Source: an uncultured Candidatus Saccharibacteria bacterium
Lineage (GTDB): Bacteria > Patescibacteriota > Saccharimonadia > Saccharimonadales > 2-12-FULL-41-12
Length of the DNA: 64,000 nt
NCBI GenBank assembly: GCA_964573095.1
Contig: CAZNIK010000002.1
Span: forward strand, 135,230-199,229
Direction: 5' to 3'
In this document: positions 36,201-44,426 of the stretch, in pieces
Position numbering within the stretch: position 1 is the first letter of the stretch
Layout of the letters: every line of letters starts with the position of its first letter
Made by a program: the position numbers and the translations under genes
The notes under the pieces: model-generated
Seen by the model: the letters and a program-made list of their open reading frames with translations, nothing else
Database searches by the model: none
What the model was told of the DNA's origin: nothing

Positions 36201-36724
36201 TCAGTGACTTTCTAGTTGTGTACGGCCCCAATGACGCGCGAATTAGCGGAAGACGAGCAGTTATTCCAGCAATTGCGTTAGGGGATCGACTTCCAGGACT
36301 CATTAACGAGTTGCAACAAAATAAACTGCGATTTGGTTTGCACGTTATGTATAACAAACAAAACCAGATTCACCCAAATAGCGACTTCTTCATTAGTTAT
36401 AAAACTGGCACAAAATGTGCGAATGTTCAAAAGGCTCAAAACTGCCACACTACATATCTAGATTCTCAAGAAATCAACTGGCTCGCATTTCAGCCCGCGA
36501 ATACAGGCATATTTGAAGGCAAGGGCATCTTGAATGTTGACGGCACACAGACAGCAGTGAGGTATAGAGTATATGCGACAGATGTACAGAAAAACTTTGG
36601 AGGTGGCAAAGACAAGATCAAGATCGAAATTTTTGGCGAACAAGCGAACAGCAATGTTGATCAGGCTCTATACCAAGTCAATGCCGAACTCGCAAAAGGT
36701 GATATAGTTATCAAGACGAAGTAA
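33257..36724 (+). CDS. 1155-aa secreted SGNH/GDSL-family hydrolase with N-terminal beta-propeller-like region, thrombospondin-type-3-like Ca-binding repeats and Ig-like C-terminal modules
   Basis: Signal-anchor LRTAAITIIAIVGYFVF. SGNH blocks are LALGDSFSSGEG (block I Ser), SMIGNDIG (block III) and ESYHPN (block V His). Asp-rich repeats are DDIDGDGTPN and DVDRDGRDDACD. Confidence 0.65.
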   Translation: MRRLFLRTAAITIIAIVGYFVFHTPQTKISAETATWTIGSMPTLTVGQPVSGPLPPQCSPTDITYQSFTTAAGAFSAIPRDVTVSMCATANYIADYASPGAGVTNYGYIKPKTNYAYRVVDELERPTGLLPIPNSGRAIFTQSDGNINGGRSIRILSNLASSGTFGPVYGSINEMAYKLTSPGQPLKDSAGNIIHMMDGYAFSPNGRWMVIEADNIGLLRINTETKQMQLINTEYYTYGGGFRPVLTLAISDDGESVIRSGVGLNNTAVFDLSNCQPTAFIKGSSANQATGCVKRSVQDNIVAQFSGFRAMYGMNYSVEGKSVSGRIQRTGALGVIENFSMTYSVAGYQAPQTSYLALGDSFSSGEGAYDYEPETDQKTPANFCHTSKNSYPYLAAASLGITNFHSVACSGAKTLNYHEKSQASSLLSGEDFIRSWVPGVKPQVEYLKRGRISNTVTISMIGNDIGFGNKLRRCVLVSDACFHFREDREAIAKEVNLKFDSLVNMYTDIKTQSNSAKVYVLGYPNLFSETENCEPNALMEQEERVFSRAMVSYLNTTIKSATEKAGVQYIDVEHTFSGQQLCDPGRPKAVNGFTWGDSGPITIGPYSGPVGNESYHPNKLGQYLFSQALLAQSQNFTKQMPTPNTSAKPPLATSAAYTRLVNNAPNGSTINRGIYSELEGLEVLIKNKATPIRQAEKALKSNSVYEVWINSTPTKLGDINTNSAGELEGELAIPQDISPGFHTLHIYGQDVAGESIDLYKTIYVAETEDDIDGDGTPNVQEKCLAIGPSNIDVDRDGRDDACDAEIGDPPSDNILPQITGVFSTQPNALGWLNAPTTINWSSIDPEPSSGTPTQPTSTEVNNEGEYVVTSSSSCDPLNNCATGSISVKLDSSPPIFGTPEWTQNPKSTSGSTRISIPVLDLHSGVNTAEYFIGDNDPGLGNGATMQLDAGGAYTEFGRDFPSGVFKITMRAKDFAGNWSEKVSDFLVVYGPNDARISGRRAVIPAIALGDRLPGLINELQQNKLRFGLHVMYNKQNQIHPNSDFFISYKTGTKCANVQKAQNCHTTYLDSQEINWLAFQPANTGIFEGKGILNVDGTQTAVRYRVYATDVQKNFGGGKDKIKIEIFGEQANSNVDQALYQVNAELAKGDIVIKTK

Positions 36725-36740
36725 AAGGGGGTGGATTAGT

Positions 36741-37322
36741 ATGGTGCGCAAGAACGCTCTCAAGAAAAAACCAAAAAAACCAACAATATTCTCAAAAAAA
36801 GCAACGGGAGTGGTGCTGTTAAGCATTGTGCTCATAGCCACTACATTATTGGCATATTCAAGGCATGCTCAATACCAAGATGCAAAAAAATTTAAACAAG
36901 CGCAAAGCCAAAAGACACAAGTGTTTAACGCAATGGTTGATAGCCTTGGAAATGTTTACAAAAAAGAAGAAAAGAATGTTTGTTTTCAGTCCGAGCAAGG
37001 ACCTTACGATAATGGAAAATTATGGTGCCAAGTGTCCTCTGCAGCATACTTTCAGCGACCAATACCAGAAGCTGAAATGAAAGATATTTACGAAAAAATT
37101 GTCACACAGGACCAGATGAATCAAAAGTATTTTCAGTCGGATACTTCCCGAGAAAAGGCGCAGAAAAATCAAAAGAAAAAGATTTGCACTATTGAAACAT
37201 GGAACGGGGTAGATGCTTCAACAACTCCGTATTTTTTTTCAGACATTGACAGTTCAAAGACAACAATAGTCGTTAAGTGCGCGGATAGAGCAAAAGCCAA
37301 ACACTACCCCTTCGTCGATTAA
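36741..37322 (+). CDS. small exported/membrane-anchored protein, cassette paralog A
   Basis: 193 aa: MVRKNALKKKPK..., a TM helix, CFQSEQGPYDNGKLWCQ, and the C-terminus CADRAKAKHYPFVD. It is a paralog of 37407..38000. Confidence 0.55.
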   Translation: MVRKNALKKKPKKPTIFSKKATGVVLLSIVLIATTLLAYSRHAQYQDAKKFKQAQSQKTQVFNAMVDSLGNVYKKEEKNVCFQSEQGPYDNGKLWCQVSSAAYFQRPIPEAEMKDIYEKIVTQDQMNQKYFQSDTSREKAQKNQKKKICTIETWNGVDASTTPYFFSDIDSSKTTIVVKCADRAKAKHYPFVD

Positions 37323-37343
37323 CCCAAGTGAAGTGTTTATTAA

Positions 37344-37371
37344 TGACAAAAAACGCGATCACGTAAAATAG
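37344..37371 (+). promoter_or_regulatory. promoter-like conserved motif, copy 1
   Basis: tgacaaaaaacgcgatcacgtaaaatag contains ATGACA-N15-TAAAAT, 36 nt upstream of ATG 37407. It matches 40473-40501 at 26 of 29 positions. Confidence 0.4.
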
Positions 37372-37406
37372 TAACATGCCTAAAGAAGTAAAGGGGGTGG
37401 ATTAGT

Positions 37407-38000
37407 ATGGTGCGCAAGAACGCTCTCAAGAAAAAACCAAAACTGCCTCTAAGGCGACGTATTATCCAGTCCAGAAGAAGAAAAGCCACCTTGGCGGTAT
37501 TCGGGATACTGATAGTGTTTTTGGCTGGAGGGCTTCTTTACAAACAAAACCTTCAAAACCAGGACTTAAATCGATTTACGGATGCTAAATTCACACAAAG
37601 GGAAATTAGCAGCAATGTTATTGCTTCAACAACCGGCAGCGTCGCTTCTTTAAGCAACAGTGACGAATGTTTTAATGCAGGACAGGGGCCGTACGATACG
37701 GGAAAGCTTTGGTGTCAAACTGCAACCATAGTTAAGCTTAAACAAGATGTCAATTTCAGTGAACTGGGAAAAACCATAATTAAATCGGCACGCACAAAAG
37801 GACTCATGGCTGGATACAACAATGATGACTACTGGTTTAGAACCGCCCAGGGAATTGACTGCAAGTACAGAGTAAAAACTGCTAACAGAGACTTGCTGGG
37901 GAGTGTAACTAATGACACGCTTTACTCCATCGAGGGACCAGCATTTACGATAGCTTGTGCCGATAGAGCAAAAGCCAAACACTACCCCTTTGTCTATTAA
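37407..38000 (+). CDS. small exported/membrane-anchored protein, cassette paralog B
   Basis: 197 aa: MVRKNALKKKPK..., a TM helix, CFNAGQGPYDTGKLWCQ, and the C-terminus CADRAKAKHYPFVY. Confidence 0.55.
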   Translation: MVRKNALKKKPKLPLRRRIIQSRRRKATLAVFGILIVFLAGGLLYKQNLQNQDLNRFTDAKFTQREISSNVIASTTGSVASLSNSDECFNAGQGPYDTGKLWCQTATIVKLKQDVNFSELGKTIIKSARTKGLMAGYNNDDYWFRTAQGIDCKYRVKTANRDLLGSVTNDTLYSIEGPAFTIACADRAKAKHYPFVY

Positions 38001-38023
38001 CCCAAGTGACATGTTTCAAGGAG

Positions 38024-39145
38024 TTAAGGTTTTGTTTTGAGGAGGGTGGTGTAGATGTCGAGGGTTTTATGAGCTGTTTTTTCCCAAGAATAGTGCCGAA
38101 GCTGGTCAAAACCCCTCTTTTTCAGAGAATTCCTTAGATCACCAGAACTAATCACTTCCCCAGTTTTCTTTGCTATATCTTGAACATCAAGGGGATCAAA
38201 AAACTGGGCAGCATCCCCGTAAACCTCGGGCAGACACGTCGCGTTACTGCTCACAAGAGGACAACCATGTGCCATTGCCTCTAGTCCGGGCAGACCAAAG
38301 CCTTCACTCAAAGAAGGCAGAACATATGCTTCAGCGTTTTCATAAAGCCAGCGAAGCTGTGTATCGGGAACGAACCCGGCATAAATTGTCGCTCGATAAG
38401 AAGATCGTTGTTTGTGCCAGTCCTCTAGCTGTTCAAAATAATATTCTTTTTTTCCCGCCAGCACCAAAAGCAGCTTCGGATTGTTTTGTCGAAGCACCTC
38501 AAAGGCTTCTATGAGGCGCTGAATGTTTTTGTGCGGAAAAGGGCTACCAACATGGAAAATGAACGGTTTTTCGACGCCCGGTACGGGCTGAGAGGGTTCA
38601 CTTATTGGTGGCTCGCTGGCTTCGTACGTTACAACAATTTTTTGTTGAATGGATGGTTGATAGTTCGCAAGGTCGTCTTTTACAAATTGCGAGGGTACAA
38701 TAATAGCCTTCGACTTGCGATGTGCGTGGCGGAAAAGCAGCCGATAGGCAAATCGCTTGATCAAAAAAATAGGCGCAAATGCACCTTTTCTGCGCACAAA
38801 ACGCAGCATCGTTAGGTCGTGGGTGGTGGTGACGATGTTGCCAAAATAAAATAACGGTTGTTGCGTCATAGTAAAGTGCACAAGATCTGGTCTCAATCTG
38901 TAAAGCAGCAACGAAAAACCAATTTGCTCAAGCGGATTCAGAGAAAATTGTTTGTATCGACACTTTTTAGTAGAAAAATTTTTGGCGTAGGGCTGCCATG
39001 GGTCACCGCTACCAAGAAGCACCGTGTAGCGATTGTCGCTATCAAGCTTCTGCAAATGCTCAAGGAGGCGATCGGTATAGCGCCCAGTGCTGGCGCGACG
39101 GATACGTGCATCGATAACAATATGTCTAGAAGGTGAGTCGCTCAT
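38024..39145 (-). CDS. glycosyltransferase family 4 (GT-B)
   Basis: C-terminal EGFGLPGLEAMAHGCPLVSS (E-x7-E region) typical of GT4. Confidence 0.75.
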   Translation of the reverse strand: MSDSPSRHIVIDARIRRASTGRYTDRLLEHLQKLDSDNRYTVLLGSGDPWQPYAKNFSTKKCRYKQFSLNPLEQIGFSLLLYRLRPDLVHFTMTQQPLFYFGNIVTTTHDLTMLRFVRRKGAFAPIFLIKRFAYRLLFRHAHRKSKAIIVPSQFVKDDLANYQPSIQQKIVVTYEASEPPISEPSQPVPGVEKPFIFHVGSPFPHKNIQRLIEAFEVLRQNNPKLLLVLAGKKEYYFEQLEDWHKQRSSYRATIYAGFVPDTQLRWLYENAEAYVLPSLSEGFGLPGLEAMAHGCPLVSSNATCLPEVYGDAAQFFDPLDVQDIAKKTGEVISSGDLRNSLKKRGFDQLRHYSWEKTAHKTLDIYTTLLKTKP

Positions 39146-39169
39146 ACTACTGATACAATTGTACTAACA

Positions 39170-40468
39170 ATGCAGACAGTTCAGAAATACCTTGTGTACG
39201 CAGCGTTGGCACTGTTTATTTATATGCCGTTTCATATATTTCTGGCGTTGTGGCTGAGCACGTTCACCGGTGGACTGGATGCATGGAAAATAGCGAAAGA
39301 TGTGTTTACGGCTGCACTTACCTTAATCAGCGTGGCGCTGGTTTTTGGTACACAAAAACACACCAGACTATACGTGTGGCTAGTTGGGCTCACGGCTCTG
39401 TACGGACTTCACCACTTAGGAATCATGTTTTTTACCAATCAACCGCTCGATACGGGCTTCTTGTCGACTGCCTATAACGTTCGGTTGTTTTGTTTTCTTT
39501 TGATTGGCTACAGCGTGGCACTGCTTGTACCAAAACAGTTCAACACTCGGTTGTTGGTTCGACTACTGATCATAACCAGCACCGCCATTTGCTTAATTGG
39601 TATCGCACAGTACCTATTGCCAAAAGACATAATGACGCACTTTGGCTACAGTCTTGAGAGGGGCGTAAAGCCGATGTTCTTTATTGATGATAAGCCCGAT
39701 TTACCGCGAATAATGTCAACTATTCGCGACCCCAACTCTCTGGGGGCGTTTTTAATTCTACCGATCACAATACTAGCCCAAGCACTGGTGCGTGGCTGGA
39801 AAATGCGGCTTAGGATGCTACTTTCGGGCCTTTTGATCTTGCACGTATGGGCGCTATTCTTGACGTTTTCAAGGAGTGCATTTGGGGCGACTATTGTGTC
39901 TCTCGGTGTGGCTTTTGCATTCGGCTATCAAAAACAGATCCGCTCCTTTGCTAAAAGATACAGTTACTTGATTATTGTAGGAGCTGTGATTTTGTTTGTC
40001 GGAGCGTTTGCGCTGAGGGATCAGTATTTTGTCCAGAATGTAATCTTTCATGCGGATGAGTCGACTCAGCTGGATGACCCACAAGAACTTCGTGTGTCAC
40101 TGGTTCAACGAGGGATTGACGGCATCATAGGCAAACCCCTCGGCAATGGACCGGGCACAGCCGGTTTGCCATCGGTACACAACGAAAACGGTGGTCTATT
40201 GCCAGAAAATTACTTCGTGCAGATCGGGTACGAAGTGGGAGTTTTTGGGCTCATACTATTTCTGGTGCTGCTTGGCTACATATTCTGGCAGTTGTGGCAA
40301 AGGAGAGCAGACCAGATTGTACAAGCGCTGCTGGCCAGCTTTGCGGGGCTATTTTTGATGAATATGGTGCTTATGACCTGGGCAAACGAAGCCGTGGCCT
40401 GTGCTTGGTTTATGCTCGCCGGAACGGCGCTCATTTTGAAAGTAAACAAACCCAAAGCTGCACAATAA
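39170..40468 (+). CDS. O-antigen ligase/polymerase-like (Wzy_C-type) polytopic membrane protein
   Basis: About 11 TM helices, with the LTFSRSAFGA motif followed by a periplasmic loop. Confidence 0.6.
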   Translation: MQTVQKYLVYAALALFIYMPFHIFLALWLSTFTGGLDAWKIAKDVFTAALTLISVALVFGTQKHTRLYVWLVGLTALYGLHHLGIMFFTNQPLDTGFLSTAYNVRLFCFLLIGYSVALLVPKQFNTRLLVRLLIITSTAICLIGIAQYLLPKDIMTHFGYSLERGVKPMFFIDDKPDLPRIMSTIRDPNSLGAFLILPITILAQALVRGWKMRLRMLLSGLLILHVWALFLTFSRSAFGATIVSLGVAFAFGYQKQIRSFAKRYSYLIIVGAVILFVGAFALRDQYFVQNVIFHADESTQLDDPQELRVSLVQRGIDGIIGKPLGNGPGTAGLPSVHNENGGLLPENYFVQIGYEVGVFGLILFLVLLGYIFWQLWQRRADQIVQALLASFAGLFLMNMVLMTWANEAVACAWFMLAGTALILKVNKPKAAQ

Positions 40469-40472
40469 AATG

Positions 40473-40501
40473 TGACAAAAATACGCGACCGCGTAAAATA
40501 G
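40473..40501 (+). promoter_or_regulatory. promoter-like conserved motif, copy 2 (points into a convergent gene)
   Basis: tgacaaaaatacgcgaccgcgtaaaatag contains GTGACA-N16-TAAAAT and the palindrome TACGCG-AC-CGCGTA. It lies between the convergent genes 39170..40468 and 40526..41488. Confidence 0.3.
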
Positions 40502-40525
40502 GCGCACTTTTTGATCTGTTTGTTG

Positions 40526-41488
40526 CTATAATTTAGGGATTTTGGGAGGGCGGTTTTTGTAGAGGATGGAGTTGATGTGCTTTGTGGTGGCCTTTCGGGA
40601 TTTTTGGATTTGGTGTCTATCCTTTAGAACTGCTGGAAGGTGGAATATGAAGTATCCAAAACCCTTTAGATATGCCCATATGCCGCCTCGGAGGAGGCTT
40701 GTGGCGCACATACGAAGCATGGTGTAGGTAAAAAGTGGGAGATATTTCCAATAGAGCCAGCCGGGCATATTTTTTGTGTACAAAATAAAGAGGTTTTTTA
40801 CGGAGTGGTATCGGGTAAATGACCCAAGCTTGGAGCTTGTGGCTCCGATTCGGTGATAAGCAATTGCTTTTGGCTCGTAGCGTACCTTCCAGCCTGCTAA
40901 TTGTGCTCGGAAGGATATATCGACATCTTCGTAGTAGGCGAAAAACTTTTCGTCGAACAGCCCAAGTTCTCTTAACATGTCTGCTTTGTATAGACTTGCG
41001 CCGCCGGATGCACCGAAAACTTCTTCGCTCGTATCATATTGGCCGATATCTTCTTGGTTTCGGCCTCGCGGGAAAGCGATCCCATATCTCGAGTAAATGT
41101 CTCCTGTGCTGTCGATATGTTTGCCGTCCAGGTGTAATAATTTACCAGTAACAATACCGACTTTCTCGTCATCGAGACCTTTAACGAGATTACTAAGCCA
41201 ATCTTTTTCAGCGACTGCATCATTATTGAATAGTGCCACCGCATCAGCGTCATTTTCTAATGCATAACGAATCCCAGTATTTACCCCACCGGCAAAACCA
41301 AGATTCGAATCGTTTTTTAATAAGATGACATTAGGAAACTGGCTTTTTACAATCTCGGCAGAGTTATCAGCCGAGGCGTTATCAACCACAATAACAGAGG
41401 AGCTGTATGATTGTTTTTCAATAGATTCGAGACTTTCAGCAAGCCACTCTGCCCCGTTCCAGTTGGGTATGACAACGAAGATGTTCAT
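40526..41488 (-). CDS. glycosyltransferase family 2 (rhamnosyltransferase-like)
   Basis: N-terminus MNIFVVIPNWNGAEWLAESLESIEKQSY..VIVVDNASADNS, plus DDA and YEDVD motifs. Confidence 0.75.
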   Translation of the reverse strand: MNIFVVIPNWNGAEWLAESLESIEKQSYSSSVIVVDNASADNSAEIVKSQFPNVILLKNDSNLGFAGGVNTGIRYALENDADAVALFNNDAVAEKDWLSNLVKGLDDEKVGIVTGKLLHLDGKHIDSTGDIYSRYGIAFPRGRNQEDIGQYDTSEEVFGASGGASLYKADMLRELGLFDEKFFAYYEDVDISFRAQLAGWKVRYEPKAIAYHRIGATSSKLGSFTRYHSVKNLFILYTKNMPGWLYWKYLPLFTYTMLRMCATSLLRGGIWAYLKGFGYFIFHLPAVLKDRHQIQKSRKATTKHINSILYKNRPPKIPKL

Positions 41489-41534
41489 TATTTACCCATC
41501 TTATCACTACAATAGTCCTAACTGAGGTATAATT

Positions 41535-42350
41535 GTGACTAAGACTTTCATGAAACAAGCCTTTTCTAAGCAAAACAGAGCTTTGTTGGCCGAACTTGTT
41601 CGGACAGACTTTAAATTACGCTATCAAGGTTCGGTTCTTGGCTATGCGTGGTCTTTGCTGCGACCACTTTTTCTTTTTGCCATACTCTACGTTGTATTTG
41701 TAAAATTTTTAAAACTTGGTGCAGGCATCGAGCATTTCCCAATCTATTTGCTCCTAGGAATAGTTCTCTGGACTTTTTTCGCCGATTTAACAAGCCAAGG
41801 ATTAGGGTCAATCGTGGGCAGGGGAGATTTAATTCGCAAAATTAGGATACCTCGTTGGATTATTGTGCTCTCGACGAGTTTTTCTGCCGTTATCAATCTT
41901 GCATTGAACATGATTGTTGTGGTTGTTTTTATGGTTCTGAACAAGGTGAATCTTTTAGAGACCAGCCTTTGGCTTCCACTGATCATTTTTGAGATATTTA
42001 TTCTTGGTTTTGGACTTGCGCTTTTTCTGTCTGCTGCTTTTGTAAAATACAGAGACATTAGCTATATATGGGAGATTATTTTGCAGGCAGGATTTTACGT
42101 CACACCGATTTTGTATCCCCTAACACTGATCACAAACGTTGATTATCAGAAGATACTCCTACTTAATCCCATGGCCCAAGCCATACAAGATGCAAGATAT
42201 GCGCTGGTCACACACCAAACAATCACCATGGATCAAGTTTTTGCTCAAGAATGGATACGACTACTGCCACTAGGCCTATGCTTGTTTATTTTTGTTTTTG
42301 GGGTGTGGTATTTCAAGCGAGAAGCCAAAAGCTTCGCGGAGAATCTATAG
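41535..42350 (+). CDS. ABC-2-type polysaccharide exporter permease (Wzm/TagG-like)
   Basis: GTG start with SD TGAGGT. It has FKLRYQGSVLGYAWSLLRPL and 6 TM helices. Confidence 0.75.
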   Translation: MTKTFMKQAFSKQNRALLAELVRTDFKLRYQGSVLGYAWSLLRPLFLFAILYVVFVKFLKLGAGIEHFPIYLLLGIVLWTFFADLTSQGLGSIVGRGDLIRKIRIPRWIIVLSTSFSAVINLALNMIVVVVFMVLNKVNLLETSLWLPLIIFEIFILGFGLALFLSAAFVKYRDISYIWEIILQAGFYVTPILYPLTLITNVDYQKILLLNPMAQAIQDARYALVTHQTITMDQVFAQEWIRLLPLGLCLFIFVFGVWYFKREAKSFAENL

Positions 42351-43502
42351 ATGAGCGACGTAGCAATAAAAGTTGATAATGTAAGTAAGACTTTCAAGTT
42401 ACCTCACGAGAAAACGGGCTCTATTAAAAATGCTTTCACCGGGCTTTTTAGCGGTAAACGAACATACGAAAAGCAAGAAGTGCTAAAAGATATTTCTTTC
42501 GAGATAAAAAAAGGTGAATTTTTTGGCATAGTTGGCCGTAATGGATCGGGGAAAAGTACGCTACTCAAACTAATGGCTGGGATTTATTCTCCAGACCAAG
42601 GAGCCATACAGGTCAATGGTAAACTAACCCCCTTCATTGAGCTTGGGGTTGGCTTTAATCCTGAGCTGACAGGCCGAGAGAATGTATACCTAAATGGTGC
42701 TTTGCTTGGGTTTAATCGTACAGAAATAGGAGAGATGTACGACGAAATTGTGGGGTTTTCTGAACTTGAGAACTTCATGGATCAAAAACTAAAAAATTAC
42801 TCATCTGGTATGCAGGTCCGCCTTGCATTCTCGATTGCAATTCGTGCAAAGAGTGAAATATTAGTTTTAGACGAAGTGTTAGCTGTTGGCGACGAGCGTT
42901 TTCAAAACAAGTGTTTAGCTGTCTTTAATGAAATAAAAAAAAGTGGCCGCACAGTTGTCTTTGTTAGTCATGATATGAGCTCTGTAAAAAAATTCTGCGA
43001 CCAAGCGGTCGTCTTGCATAAAGGCGAATATAAGTTCAAAGGAAATGCCGAGGATGCCGCAACAGAATATATAAAACTAAACTTTCCAGAAATGATGGCC
43101 ACCGAAGATAGGCAAGATAGCACAATTCAAGTAAGGATGAACAATTCCAACGGTCAAAAAATAAAGGAAAGAATACTAAAAACAGGAGATGAAGTAGGGC
43201 TTGATATATCTTGGTCAAATAAAGATATTGTAAAGAACGCTGGCGTTGCGATACTTAGAGATGATGGGCAGTACATTTTTGGCACGAATACCATAGTTGA
43301 TAACTACAAAATAAGATCAAACCATATTCGATATAAGGTAAAACTTAGCTTAGGTGAAGGAACGTATCATTTCCAGTTGGGGCTATTTGGAGATAGTGAC
43401 ACGGACAAGATTAGTTTTATTGACAGAGCACTTTCATTTAAGGTTGTTAACGCTAAGGGCTGGCAAGGATCAAGTGAACTTAGTCATAGTTGGGAAGGCT
43501 AA
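42351..43502 (+). CDS. polysaccharide ABC exporter ATP-binding protein (Wzt/TagH-like) with C-terminal beta-sandwich extension
   Basis: Walker A GRNGSGKSTL, signature YSSGMQVRL and Walker B ILVLDEVLAVGD. A ~140-aa C-terminal extra domain follows. Confidence 0.8.
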   Translation: MSDVAIKVDNVSKTFKLPHEKTGSIKNAFTGLFSGKRTYEKQEVLKDISFEIKKGEFFGIVGRNGSGKSTLLKLMAGIYSPDQGAIQVNGKLTPFIELGVGFNPELTGRENVYLNGALLGFNRTEIGEMYDEIVGFSELENFMDQKLKNYSSGMQVRLAFSIAIRAKSEILVLDEVLAVGDERFQNKCLAVFNEIKKSGRTVVFVSHDMSSVKKFCDQAVVLHKGEYKFKGNAEDAATEYIKLNFPEMMATEDRQDSTIQVRMNNSNGQKIKERILKTGDEVGLDISWSNKDIVKNAGVAILRDDGQYIFGTNTIVDNYKIRSNHIRYKVKLSLGEGTYHFQLGLFGDSDTDKISFIDRALSFKVVNAKGWQGSSELSHSWEG

Positions 43503-44425
43503 TGTCGAACTATACTTTAAACCAGTACGTCAATGATCAGAATAATTCATGGAGTATGGTTTTTAATTTTGTTCCTAAAAAGACAAAAGTTCTAGACATA
43601 GGGTGCAGTAGTGGAAATTTTGGGGCAGAGCTCATAGCGCAGAAGGGCTGTACAGTTGACGGTATAGATATCGATGCCAAAGATGCTCGTCTGGCTAAAG
43701 CTAAATTAAGAAATGCGTGGCACATAGATATTGAAACTGCTTCCCTTGATTTCACATCAGAGAAATACGACGTTGTGCTGATGATGGATGTTATTGAGCA
43801 CTTGAAAAACCCCCCAGAAACTCTTAAAAAAATCTCGTCCCTTTTAAGGCCGAAAGGATTTTTGATTTTTTCAGTGCCAAACATGGCACATATTTCTGTT
43901 AGGCTTGACCTGCTCAAGGGCAATTTTAACTACAATCAAACAGGTCTATTAGATAACACACACCTGCACTTCTATACAGAAGAAACTCTAAAAAGAGTTT
44001 TGGCGCTCGGCGGATACTCCTTAGAAGAGATGACTTCTACGAGTGTAAGCTACCCGAAACAAATAATTGAGAAAAAACTTAAGGAGGTTGGCCTCCAATA
44101 TTCCTCGGAATTTAAGAATGACCTAGAAAAAACAAACGGTAGTATATATCAATTCGTAGGAATTGCTGAAGTAGGGAGAACAGACAGAAAAATAAAACCA
44201 CTGCCCAAAAAACATCCTCATGAAAGACATTTTGATGACATAGAAAGGGCCATGGAGTCTCAGCATCAGCAAATAATAAGACTAAAAGCAGACATCCTAA
44301 TAAAAAATCAAAGGAACGCAGAGCTAGAGAAGCGTATAAACAAAATTGTAAACTCAAAGCTTTACAAGATAGCTAAAATGGGGGCTGCTCCATATCTAAA
44401 GGTGCGGAAAAGGGTGGGCAAGTAA
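43502..44425 (+). CDS. class I SAM-dependent methyltransferase with C-terminal coiled-coil
   Basis: TAATG overlap with the upstream stop; TTG 43490 is an alternative start. Motif I is VLDIGCSSGNFG. The C-terminal heptad-like region is QHQQIIRLKADILIKNQRNAELEKRINKI. Confidence 0.7.
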   Translation: MSNYTLNQYVNDQNNSWSMVFNFVPKKTKVLDIGCSSGNFGAELIAQKGCTVDGIDIDAKDARLAKAKLRNAWHIDIETASLDFTSEKYDVVLMMDVIEHLKNPPETLKKISSLLRPKGFLIFSVPNMAHISVRLDLLKGNFNYNQTGLLDNTHLHFYTEETLKRVLALGGYSLEEMTSTSVSYPKQIIEKKLKEVGLQYSSEFKNDLEKTNGSIYQFVGIAEVGRTDRKIKPLPKKHPHERHFDDIERAMESQHQQIIRLKADILIKNQRNAELEKRINKIVNSKLYKIAKMGAAPYLKVRKRVGK

Positions 44426-44426
44426 T

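Larger units (their letters stand above)
36718..38011 (+). repeat. tandem duplication (~667-bp unit) with near-identical ends and a diverged core
   Basis: The 5' blocks 36718-36776 and 37385-37442 differ by one A. The 3' blocks (gatagagcaaaagccaaacactacccct...attaacccaagtga, about 37278-37333 and 37957-38011) are near-identical. The central ~450 bp has diverged. Confidence 0.8.
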
